A DNA stretch of 64,000 nt from Bacteriovoracaceae bacterium (GCA_018649885.1 JABIHA010000138.1:1-64000); one strand, 5' to 3'. Positions 1-8,783 are shown, counted from the stretch's first letter. A program made the numbers and translations. The notes: generated by a model from the sequence alone, not told the origin.

Positions 1-15
1 TGAAATAGAATTCAT
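1..15 (-). CDS. 5' end of a gene running off the window (MNSIS...)
   Basis: On the minus strand an AAGGA RBS precedes ATG at 15; only 5 codons are visible. Confidence 0.4.
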
Positions 16-70
16 AATATTCCTTTTGGATGGATTTTTGTTTGGCGATAAAAATCATATCAAAAGAATT

Positions 71-99
71 AACTACGGCCATTACGCATGGCCGTAGTT
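71..99. terminator. Hairpin, probable intrinsic terminator
   Basis: aactacggccat-tacgc-atggccgtagtt, 12-bp stem downstream of the ankyrin gene. Confidence 0.6.
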
Positions 100-172
100 T
101 TATGAAATCATTCAACTATTTTCTTAAGTTAGCAGCATTCCTGCCAGTAGACTTTTACCAGTCTGCTGGTAC

Positions 173-1225
173 TTATTTCTTTTTTGCTTTCTTTCTAATT
201 TTTCGCTCAATTGACTCTTCATATTCATAATAGGGTGCCATGTATTCATATGTAGAGTCGTAGTCAAATTTGTCTTTGCAGTCTGGGCATTGATATACAG
301 CTGCGGATCGATCGCCGGGACTTGGGTTTCCTTTTAAAATTTTAAGCTTTTTGATACACTCTGGAAGGTAGTCGTTTCTTGAGTTTTGATCAATCCAATA
401 ACAATATTCCCTGTTGCCGATTTCCCAGCATGTATCACATTTAAAATTTACATACTTTGGAGAATTTCTACGTTTGTTTCTAGCAACTTCTTTTTCACCG
501 ATTAGTAGAGAGTATATTTTTTCAGCGGTTTTGATTTTACTCGTATGGATCATCATCATTCTGGCAAATGTTTCAGCATCATTTCCATTAAAAATTTCTA
601 AATCTACATTTGGTGAAAACTTAAGCAGGAGTTTTACAATTGGGAGGTTGACGCCAACAACGGCCTCCATTAGAGCTGTCCATCCATTTGATGATTGTTG
701 GTTAATACTTGCCCCTAAGTCCAAAAGCAATTTAACCGCTTCAATTTGAGCTCCTCTGATGGCCCATCGTAGTGGTGAGGCATCCGTTGCATCAAAAGTA
801 TCAACTACGGCACCACCCTTTATGGCCTTTTCAATTTGCTTTAAATTTCCAGAGTAGGATGCCTTTATCAGTAATTTATCCAGAGCAGAAGTATATTTGT
901 TATCTACCTTGGGTCTTGCCTGAACAATCTGTGCTAATTGCAAATGTTCTAGGATGAATTCGCTTGAGTACACAGATTTACTTGCACAGGTAATTGTGTC
1001 ATTTGTAACTATGGCCCCATACTTAAGAAGCATCTTAATGGCCTCAAGCTTTCCATGTTTAGCGGCCACACTGAGGGCAGTAAATTCAGCATCATCTAAA
1101 GTCTCTAACTTTGCTCCAGAATCTAGCGCTTTTTTTAATTTTTTTGTATTACCAGACTCAGCTGAAGCAAACATTAGCGAAGTGGGGTCTTCAAGATCAT
1201 TTTCACTTTTTCGTTTCTTTGCCAT
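173..1225 (-). CDS. Ankyrin-repeat protein with C-terminal Zn-ribbon-like domain
   Basis: Ankyrin motifs TSLMFA, TALSVAAKHG, SPLRWA, GWTALMEA; C-terminal CDTC...CPDC. ATG 1225 (MAKKRK) preferred over TTG 1303. Confidence 0.85.
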   Translation of the reverse strand: MAKKRKSENDLEDPTSLMFASAESGNTKKLKKALDSGAKLETLDDAEFTALSVAAKHGKLEAIKMLLKYGAIVTNDTITCASKSVYSSEFILEHLQLAQIVQARPKVDNKYTSALDKLLIKASYSGNLKQIEKAIKGGAVVDTFDATDASPLRWAIRGAQIEAVKLLLDLGASINQQSSNGWTALMEAVVGVNLPIVKLLLKFSPNVDLEIFNGNDAETFARMMMIHTSKIKTAEKIYSLLIGEKEVARNKRRNSPKYVNFKCDTCWEIGNREYCYWIDQNSRNDYLPECIKKLKILKGNPSPGDRSAAVYQCPDCKDKFDYDSTYEYMAPYYEYEESIERKIRKKAKKK

Positions 1226-1350
1226 AAGATTCTTTGGGGGTATTTTAACATTGCACTTAACTTGTACATGATAGCATGAAAAGATTAATGCCTCTGAAGT
1301 CAAAAAAGAATTAGGTTTGTCTCTTTAGATATTTGGCAGGCAGACTATAT

Positions 1351-1599
1351 TTTAAAAACTCCCGCTAATAGTACCGGGTGGTTTGAAAATTTCCCCAAAT
1401 AATACCACTCCTTTTTAAATTCCCGCTAATGGTACCGGTAGGTCTGAAAATTTCTCCAAATAGTACCACTCTTTTAAAAATTCCCCCCAAAGGTACCGCA
1501 AGTTTATGATTTTTACGTAAATTTGAACCATTATTGCTGAAATTCCCTCTAAAAGTACCGGTGTTCTTGGAGGAAGCGGTACTTTTAGAGGGAATTTCA
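1351..1599. repeat. Phased degenerate tandem array (7 units, ~30.7-bp period) plus inverted 8th copy forming a perfect 23-bp IR
   Basis: GTACC-type cores at 1371, 1402, 1432, 1463, 1493, 1525, 1555; arms 1538-1560 and 1577-1599 are exact reverse complements. Confidence 0.9.
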
Positions 1600-1650
1600 A
1601 GTTGGTGCCAAGGCCAGGTTTTCACTTTTACTGGGCGGGGATATAGATAA

Positions 1651-1663
1651 TATCAATAAGTTA
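1651..1663 (+). promoter_or_regulatory. IHF-consensus site
   Basis: TATCAA-TAAG-TTA matches WATCAANNNNTTR. Confidence 0.5.
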
Positions 1664-1672
1664 GATGTCTGA

Positions 1673-1756
1673 ATGCGTAAAAAGACACGTTATAATTATA
1701 ATAAATACTGTAAAAATACATATTAATATGCTAGAATAATGCGTAATAATACGCAT
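1673..1756. promoter_or_regulatory. Three 18-bp operator-like palindromes at 33-bp spacing
   Basis: atgcgtaAAAAgacacgt (1673), tactgtaAAAAtacatat (1706), atgcgtaATAAtacgcat (1739, perfect 7-bp arms). Confidence 0.65.
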
Positions 1757-1787
1757 GTTTGCCGATGAGCTTGGAGGAGGAGCAGCA

Positions 1788-2237
1788 ATGAAGATTAACC
1801 TGAATAGTTTGACCCAGTCTCAGATTGAAAGAAGGCTCGATTCTATAAGAGAAACCAAAGGGAAGACGGTTGTTTCAAAGGGCTGGATACAATACATAAG
1901 AAAAGCGATGGGACTAACTATTGAAGAGCTTGCAAAGCTAACGGGCCTATCGGCCAGGACAGTAGCACAAGCGCAAAGTAGAGAAGTCGAGGGGAAGATT
2001 ACTCTATCAACTTTGAAGAAGATGGCAGATGCAATGGAGTGCGATCTTGTATATTCATTAATACCTAAAAAAAGTGTGACAGAGACGATCAAAAATAAGG
2101 CAAGGGAAAAAGCGCGCAAAAGACTAGCTGAGGCGGGGCTCCACATGAAGCTAGAAGATCAAGGGGTCGAAGGCGCAATGGAAGAAAGGGTAGAGAGGTT
2201 AGCGCTAAAATTGATCGAAAATGGAGATGTTTGGTAA
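1788..2237 (+). CDS. Mobile mystery protein A (XRE-type HTH, TIGR02612-like)
   Basis: KGWIQYIRKAMGLTIEELAK HTH, ITLSTLKKMADAMECDLVY, HMKLEDQ, terminal W; GGAGG RBS before ATG 1788; upstream of a Fic gene. Confidence 0.9.
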   Translation: MKINLNSLTQSQIERRLDSIRETKGKTVVSKGWIQYIRKAMGLTIEELAKLTGLSARTVAQAQSREVEGKITLSTLKKMADAMECDLVYSLIPKKSVTETIKNKAREKARKRLAEAGLHMKLEDQGVEGAMEERVERLALKLIENGDVW

Positions 2238-2268
2238 TGGACACCAACTACCATGGAGATATTTAGTA

Positions 2269-2862
2269 ATGTCTATATTATTTTATAATAGAGATGGGCA
2301 AACACCTGTCGATGAATCAATACGTAAAGATCTAATTCCAGATCATATTAATGACATGACTGAATTATATGAATCGGAAATTGAAAATATTGCACTTGGT
2401 ATAGAGTGGGCGAAAACTACCAAGAAAAACCACAGGGATTACTTTACTTGGCTTGAAGTCCACAAGCATATGTTTAACGATGTTTGGAAGTTTGCTGGTA
2501 ACACAAGAAAAGTAGAACTTAATAATCCAGATTTCTTAATGCCCTATGAAATTCTTCCACAACTAAAAGATCTGCAGGAAAATTTAATTTTCTGGCTTGA
2601 AAACAAGACGTTTGATGACAGAGAATTAATGGCACGAGTGCATGAAAGACTACTGACTATTCATCCATTTAAAGATGGTAACGGTCGTTGGGCAAGGCTG
2701 CTAGTAAACATGATTTGTGAAAAACAGAATATAGAAGTTCCAAGCTGGGGAAAAGAGATTAAAGAGGATGACAAGAGAAGGAGCATATATATTTCAGCAG
2801 TAAAAAAGGCTCGGAAGGATGACGACTACGCCCACTTGATTTCAATTATGTACGAAAAATGA
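2269..2862 (+). CDS. Mobile mystery protein B (Fic domain, TIGR02613-like)
   Basis: Intact Fic motif HPFKDGNGRWAR; GQTP, HKHMFNDVWKFAG; ATG 2269 likely start. Confidence 0.9.
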   Translation: MSILFYNRDGQTPVDESIRKDLIPDHINDMTELYESEIENIALGIEWAKTTKKNHRDYFTWLEVHKHMFNDVWKFAGNTRKVELNNPDFLMPYEILPQLKDLQENLIFWLENKTFDDRELMARVHERLLTIHPFKDGNGRWARLLVNMICEKQNIEVPSWGKEIKEDDKRRSIYISAVKKARKDDDYAHLISIMYEK

Positions 2863-2892
2863 TAGAACATTAGAAATGAGAGTTATTCAACT

Positions 2893-3778
2893 ATGAACAA
2901 GCTTATTTCTTTAGCGACGACTATTTTGGTATCTACTGTAGCTATAAGCTCATGCTCCCATAACTCTTCACTGGACCTTAATTTAGTTAGGCAATGGAAT
3001 CCTCAAGATGAAAAACTTGAACCCTACCATGCTCCATACGTGTCGATATTTAGCTGCAACTCATGCAAACTCTATAGCATCTCCCACTTTTAAAACTATC
3101 AAGCATACAGTTAATACAAGCCCCCCAGAGTTAATAGTTCTTGAAGGATTTTCAAATAACAATAATGATCTTAGTCCTAAGTGGTTTTTAAATCGGGTGG
3201 GGAGATGCAAGAAATCTGAGTTTAAAAAATGTGGTGAACCAACATATGCGGCGATGATCGCTCATGAAAATGGAATTCCCTTTGTTGGAGGAGAGCCAAG
3301 TGATATAGAAATCTACCATGATCTAAAACATTACGGGTACCAAGAAATCGATATTCTTGGTTTTTATCTTCTACGACAGATTCCGCAATTAAAGAGATTA
3401 GGGAAATTAAAAACTAATGGTTTTCAAAGTCAGGGTGAGAGTCTTTTGGCGAATTTCGCTAGCGATTTTAACTTTAAATCATCTCCAAGCTTTGCCACCT
3501 TTTTGCGGTGGTATAACTCTCACAGGCTTGGTGATAAGGAATACCTCGACTTCACAACTATGGATGTCGCACCAAGTGATTATGATGGAGCATCGTATTT
3601 TCAAAAAATGTCAGCAAGAATTGGTGTAACAAGAGAACGTTTTATTAATACTGTTTTAAATGATGCATTAAAAAACTATAGTAATATTCTCATTATCTAT
3701 GGTGCTGGACACCTAGTAAAATCGAGAAAAGTATATGAAAAAGCCTTTGGTCAATCAGAGAATCTTAAAGTCTTTTAG
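2893..3778 (+). pseudogene. Lipoprotein gene split by a frameshift (2893-3093 and 3008-3778)
   Basis: First ORF has signal/lipobox (AISSC); the overlapping +1 ORF has no signal peptide and carries the globular body (LIVLEG...IYGAGHL). Confidence 0.65.
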
Positions 3779-3856
3779 TTCTCATTATCAGTATTGGTTG
3801 CTGCTGTAGCGAACCTAATTGTTCAATTTACTGAGTCATATCGGGGAGCGTATTGC

Positions 3857-3888
3857 TGAAGCCCTATAAGATAAGTTATAGGGCTTCA
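3857..3888. terminator. Hairpin, terminator-like
   Basis: tgaagccctataa-gataag-ttatagggcttca, 13-bp stem. Confidence 0.65.
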
Positions 3889-3900
3889 TGATAAAAAATC

Positions 3901-5507
3901 CGTATTGCCTCAATAAAAACGTAACCCTACTAAGAGATTTACATAGTGTTGACTCAGCAAAAGATATTCTTAACTGGGATTTATTCTATGAGGCCTTTTC
4001 AAGTTCTTGTTTTTGTTTCAAAATTATCCTTATTACTTACTTTGAGTCACCTTGAAAAATGTAACCCAAATCAAAACCCAAAACCACTTTTTCCAAAAGT
4101 GTTGACTCACAATAAAGGTTACCCAAATAACAAAGGAATTTTCTATGTCTTTAAAATTTAAGGTGGAATACCTTAAGGCCATTCGCGAGCGGTATTTCAA
4201 TTCTAATCGACCTCAAAAATCAAAGATCCTCAATGAGCTTTGTGAGGTCACCGGATACAACCGTAAATATGCCATAAGAATCCTTGCTAAAGGTCATCAT
4301 GAAGGCCCTAAGGCCTCAGGAAGATGCAAAGCATATTCTGATATAACCTTTTATCATCTAAAAAAACTTTGGCATCTGATGGGGAGAATCTGCTCTAGGA
4401 AAATGGTTGCTGGCTTTGAGACTTGGCTCAAATATTATAATGAACCTGGATTTGGGCCAATTGTTAAAGACGAACTACTTAGTATGAGTGCAGCTACAGT
4501 AGATCGATACCTCAATGGCTACAAGTCAAAGTTTGCGCGTACAAAGCGCTCAGGGACTGTTCGTGGCTGTAAGAAGTTTCAAAATACGATTCCTTTAAAA
4601 GACTTTACAATAAAAACTCAAAGACCAGGTTTTGTTGAGGCAGATACAGTTGCTCATTGTGGAAGTTCACTATCTGGGAAGTTTGCATGGAGTTTGACTG
4701 TAACAGACGTTTATTCTGGGTGGACTGACAATAGGGCCTTTCATGGAAAAACTGCTGATAATGTTCTTACGGCCATAATATCAATAGATAAGGGTCTCCC
4801 CTACACACTCCGATCTTTCAACTCAGACAATGGCACCGAGTTTTTAAATAACTACCTCGTTGAATTCTTCAGAGATCTGAAAAAAATTCCAATGACACGC
4901 TCGCGGGCCTACAGAAAAAATGATAATTGCCATGTAGAGCAGAAGAATTTCACACATGTCAGAGAGGTATTTGGGTATGAGCGATTTGAAAATGAGTTTT
5001 TAACTGATTATATGAATGATATTTACCAAAACTATCTAAATCCCCTACTAAATTATTTCACACCTCAATTAAAGCTGATTGAAAAAAAAAGAGTTGGTTC
5101 AAAGTATTATCGTAAGTATGGACCAGCTCAGACCCCGTATCAGAGGCTGTTAGCGTCACCTGATATTTCAATGAGACAAAAAGAATTACTCCGTAGATCT
5201 TATACGAAACTAAACCCAATCGAAATAAAAAGAGCACTTAGTAAAAAACTTTCAAATTTTAAAAAGATCTACGAAAGAATTGGCTCAGTAAGCTCAGATG
5301 ATGTGGAAGCCAGTTCTTTGAATATTGAGCATATATTAAAACTCTATGCATAGCTCGAACACTTAAGTCTTCCCTCTTGTTAAACAATATTTGATTTCTT
5401 GATAGGTGCAACTCCTTCCTTGATGATTCTTATGAAGAAAGAAGTTATAATATTATAGAGTCTGCCTTGTAACTCTCTAGGGTTACCTTTTTATCTGAGG
5501 CAATACG
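3901..5507 (+). mobile_element. Complete insertion sequence, ISNCY-like (DDE/rve)
   Basis: Left end cgtattgcctca-ataaaaacgtaacccta matches the reverse complement of the right end (cgtattgcctcagataaaaaggtaacccta); AATC duplicated at 3897-3900 and 5508-5511. Confidence 0.9.
4145..5353 (+). CDS. DDE transposase (integrase core domain)
   Basis: EADTVAHCG, SDNGTEF, RSRAYRKNDNCHVEQKN; N-terminal HTH (CEVTGYNRKYAIR). Confidence 0.92.
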   Translation: MSLKFKVEYLKAIRERYFNSNRPQKSKILNELCEVTGYNRKYAIRILAKGHHEGPKASGRCKAYSDITFYHLKKLWHLMGRICSRKMVAGFETWLKYYNEPGFGPIVKDELLSMSAATVDRYLNGYKSKFARTKRSGTVRGCKKFQNTIPLKDFTIKTQRPGFVEADTVAHCGSSLSGKFAWSLTVTDVYSGWTDNRAFHGKTADNVLTAIISIDKGLPYTLRSFNSDNGTEFLNNYLVEFFRDLKKIPMTRSRAYRKNDNCHVEQKNFTHVREVFGYERFENEFLTDYMNDIYQNYLNPLLNYFTPQLKLIEKKRVGSKYYRKYGPAQTPYQRLLASPDISMRQKELLRRSYTKLNPIEIKRALSKKLSNFKKIYERIGSVSSDDVEASSLNIEHILKLYA

Positions 5508-5643
5508 AATCACGGAATAGTTATTCAGGATAAGGAAATTGCATCTTGAGTGAGCTGAGTATTGGCGATCATTTCAAAGCCGCCTTGGTATTTTATATTG
5601 CTATATAAGTCAACTAAAGTTGCAAATTGTTTATTATAATATA

Positions 5644-6819
5644 CTAAAAATCAAACCACTCTTCTTTGATAATCCCAAATCTAGCATGGTGATTAAGTAG
5701 GTAGTATATTTTCTTGCCATCAGAGTAATAGAGTTGGATTCCTGTGTTAGAGTACTTAAAAAATGCTGGGTATCTATTCCCCTTAGCATCTTCAAATTTC
5801 GTAGTGTCACTTGTATGATTAAAGTCAAATTCAGCTGCAGGATAATTAATTGTGTTAGGGTGTAGCCTGGTTTTATTGAAGCGTTTTTGGTCATCGATGT
5901 CCGCAAATTTTGTTGCAAAGACGACTTGCATTTTCGGCAGAAAAATTTGAATGGCCACATCACTCGATATCCCCCCGCCCCCATTTGTGAGTTTTCCTAG
6001 GTAAACTTTCTTTTTATCTATTTGTTCACTACTAAATATTGATCCAACTGGGTATCCCCACGAGAACATGCCAACATGTGAACACCTTTTTTTATCTCGT
6101 CCAAATATAGCACCATAGCAAAATGAGTATTGTTTCATAGCTCTAAAAAAATCAAGCTCCTTTATTTTAAATTCTCCGTAGCCAGAACCTTCTGATCCAA
6201 ACCAAATGCTGAGAGCACCTGTATCCATAAAAGTATTTTGAATATGACCAATTCCAAAAACGTGGCCGAGTTCGTGAATTAATGCTCTTTTAAGCAGATT
6301 AGGAGTAGACCAGCGGTTTTTAGCAAATATTTTCTCATCATCTCCTTTTATATAAATAAATCCTTTCGCCTTAAGGTTTACTTTGTCATATTTCTCTCTT
6401 ATTGCGATACCAACTAGATTTTCGTAATCACTCTGAAAATATTTTAATTCACTTTTGCTTAATGATCCTTTGCCCAGATAGAATCTTAAATCAGTTTTGT
6501 TACTACAGTTTTCATAGGTAAATGTTTGAACTCCCGCACCTAAGATGGTGTTATAACTCATCATAAATGAGTGATAATCTTTAAATTGATCTTGCCAATA
6601 AAAAAGTGCTCTTTTAATTTCTTGTTTGAATCTTTTTAAGTCTATTGAGTTTCTAGATTCATCAATTTCTACGCAATAGCTCACTTTTTTAGTATTTATG
6701 ACCCACCATGGATTACTATAGTCTGATCTCCAGCGTAACTCCCCGCCGTTGCCTACCCGAGTTTCTGCAAAGCTAAGAGAGCTTGATATTACCAGAGTAA
6801 TTAATATTAAATACTTCAC
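5644..6819 (-). CDS. Secreted metzincin-type zinc metalloprotease
   Basis: Signal peptide, RVGNGG, HELGHVFGIGH followed by Met-turn (TFM). Confidence 0.8.
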   Translation of the reverse strand: MKYLILITLVISSSLSFAETRVGNGGELRWRSDYSNPWWVINTKKVSYCVEIDESRNSIDLKRFKQEIKRALFYWQDQFKDYHSFMMSYNTILGAGVQTFTYENCSNKTDLRFYLGKGSLSKSELKYFQSDYENLVGIAIREKYDKVNLKAKGFIYIKGDDEKIFAKNRWSTPNLLKRALIHELGHVFGIGHIQNTFMDTGALSIWFGSEGSGYGEFKIKELDFFRAMKQYSFCYGAIFGRDKKRCSHVGMFSWGYPVGSIFSSEQIDKKKVYLGKLTNGGGGISSDVAIQIFLPKMQVVFATKFADIDDQKRFNKTRLHPNTINYPAAEFDFNHTSDTTKFEDAKGNRYPAFFKYSNTGIQLYYSDGKKIYYLLNHHARFGIIKEEWFDF

Positions 6820-7661
6820 TGTATCTCCTCATTTTTTTGTTTTGATATTGGAAAAAGCTGAATTCCTAGCTGAAATAACTTTTGTTTTCCTTTCTGATCT
6901 AAGGCCTTAGAAAAGTCGTCAAGGAAACCCCTAATAAGTTTTTTTGCAACAGGAATATCTTCTTTATTCATTTTAATTAAAACTGATTGAAACTCTCGAA
7001 AATCCACTGAGAAATCAAAAAGTGCTTCTTTTGCACCATCCAGCATGTCTCGGTGGTATTTTTTGATGGCGATATTCGCCATATCATCTTCAGTTGAAAG
7101 CCGACCATTGTTAAGCTTAAGCTTTCCACTACTATCTCTTATTAGAAGTTCATTTTCTTCCAATATTTCAAGAGCTCTTTTTATATCACCCACATTTACA
7201 TGAGATTGAAAATTACTTTGTATCCAGCTAGGATCTTCAAAGAACTCATCTAAGTCGACCATCTCTCTTATTGAAAGAGTGTACCAATTAGAAAGAATTT
7301 CATAAGAGTGATTATCGCCAAGTACAAAATGTGTATCAGGATTTGATTTTTTTAACTTTTCCATAAGAAGTAGTCCCAGTCTTGGATCTTTTTTTATTTT
7401 TTGCAGTTGAATTAAATCCAAAAAGTATTCAAGGTCACTTTCATTAAACTCAAAATAATGAGTAAATTTTTTAACCATCTCTGCACCTGGATGGCGCTCA
7501 TTTTTAACTATTTTTGTAAGTGAAGATGTGGATTTAAGCCCTAAAGATTTGGCCCAAGCACCATAACTCCAGTTTTTATTCTTAAGTTTTTTCTTCTCAA
7601 AACTGTGAAGTAAAAAAGCGCGATAATCTGAAAATTTTCTAAGTTGTGTTTCCATGCCCAA
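6816..7661 (-). CDS. TIGR02147/DUF4423-type HTH protein
   Basis: DYRAFL...WSYGAWAKSLGL HTH, WYTLSIREMV, IKKYH, FQLGIQLFP. Confidence 0.85.
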   Translation of the reverse strand: MGMETQLRKFSDYRAFLLHSFEKKKLKNKNWSYGAWAKSLGLKSTSSLTKIVKNERHPGAEMVKKFTHYFEFNESDLEYFLDLIQLQKIKKDPRLGLLLMEKLKKSNPDTHFVLGDNHSYEILSNWYTLSIREMVDLDEFFEDPSWIQSNFQSHVNVGDIKRALEILEENELLIRDSSGKLKLNNGRLSTEDDMANIAIKKYHRDMLDGAKEALFDFSVDFREFQSVLIKMNKEDIPVAKKLIRGFLDDFSKALDQKGKQKLFQLGIQLFPISKQKNEEIQ

Positions 7662-7926
7662 TTCTTACCTAGCCGTTGGCTAAAATCAATGGCCTTGTTG
7701 GCAAACTTAGGAAATACCCTTGGCTAAAGCTGCCAATAAATCTTTACGCAATACGGCTACTTATTGTTTTTACTCACTTGATCAGCAGCTCCTTGGCACT
7801 TTTTAAGGCCTGCCATGGAATGGGCCTTAAATGCTAAAATGACAACGCTATAAATATTAACATCACCTTCGACTCTTTAATTTTTCACATGTAGAAATGC
7901 CTCAGTAGAGAAGCTACAGAGCTGCT

Positions 7927-8145
7927 TTAAAACTGTATTGATTTGACGAGAGATTCCAGTCCATTGACTTTGATTTCATAGAGCTCGGCCAAAAGTCTTC
8001 CCAGCTCGCCTTTGGGAAGCTCATTTTCGTAGTACCAAACCACATAAGTCTCAGGTAAGTCGATCAGCTTAACACCTCGATATTTACCGTAGGGCATTTC
8101 CATAGAAATTATTTTTTTGAGGCTTTCTGGATTGTAGTTGGACAT
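7927..8145 (-). CDS. DUF3820-family small protein
   Basis: MPYGKYRG..LIDLPETYVVW...GELG.LL..LYEIKVNGLE. Confidence 0.85.
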   Translation of the reverse strand: MSNYNPESLKKIISMEMPYGKYRGVKLIDLPETYVVWYYENELPKGELGRLLAELYEIKVNGLESLVKSIQF

Positions 8146-8195
8146 AGGCTCACCTTATACTTTCTCTTTGAATATTAAAAGGACTAGTGAGTCTG

Positions 8196-8783
8196 TTATT
8201 CAGTAGATTTTATAGTCAGGATATAGCTATAAGTAGCAACAAATCCACCTGGAATAGGAAAGCGAAGTGATTTTATGATATTTTTAGCACAGTCACTAAA
8301 CTTACCTGGGAGCTGGGTTTTGATGGTCACTTTCTCAGCGAAACCTTTGGGGGTGATGGTAAAATTGAATTCTGCCTTTGACCATTTTTCTGCCAATTGC
8401 ATACTGGAGTATGAAGGCATTGACCGACTTTGATAGCAATTGGTTATATTATTTGAGTGAAATTTCATCAGCGAGTCCACTTTTAGAAAGTATTTTTCTC
8501 TCGGACTGATTTTCCTTAAATTAAAGCATGAGCTTTGATCTTTTAACTCGCAGCCTATTTTATAAAACTTAAGTGCAGACTTGTAATTCTTAGATTTATT
8601 GTAGTGATAGCCTAATTTGGCACATGAGAGACCATCTTTATTTAAACAATTTTTCCTCAAACTTGGGATATCAATTTTTACTTTTGGGTGAGGAGTCAGT
8701 TGTTGCTTATTTTCTTTTGTGCCACAACTTATAGCAAAAATAAGCGCATTTAGTATTAGGAAATGGAAAAAGACTTTGTTCAC
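8196..8783 (-). CDS. Lipoprotein with Sel1-like repeat and TonB-C/AgmX-like C-terminus
   Basis: Lipobox AISC; C...SCAKLG...YKIGCEL...SC; FTITPKG...CAKNIIKSLRFP. GTG 8783 likely start. Confidence 0.6.
   Translation of the reverse strand: MNKVFFHFLILNALIFAISCGTKENKQQLTPHPKVKIDIPSLRKNCLNKDGLSCAKLGYHYNKSKNYKSALKFYKIGCELKDQSSCFNLRKISPREKYFLKVDSLMKFHSNNITNCYQSRSMPSYSSMQLAEKWSKAEFNFTITPKGFAEKVTIKTQLPGKFSDCAKNIIKSLRFPIPGGFVATYSYILTIKSTE

Noticed and set aside
1351..1599. CRISPR array
   Set aside because: Units are degenerate, linkers are ~10 nt and themselves repeat, and no cas genes are present
1365..1625. ORFs 1365-1625 and 1415-1600 as proteins
   Set aside because: They run through the repeat array, whose 30/31-bp period is not frame-preserving; no RBS
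3779..3859. Hydrophobic frame FSLSVLVAAVANLIV...YC* as a gene remnant
   Set aside because: Too short and has no start; cannot be supported
3946..4161. 71-aa ORF in the IS left end
   Set aside because: Overlaps subterminal repeats; no RBS or recognisable motif
7794..7810. Sigma-54 promoter (TGGCAC)
   Set aside because: No TTGC at the required spacing; the same applies to similar half-sites near 46042, 46245 and 49622
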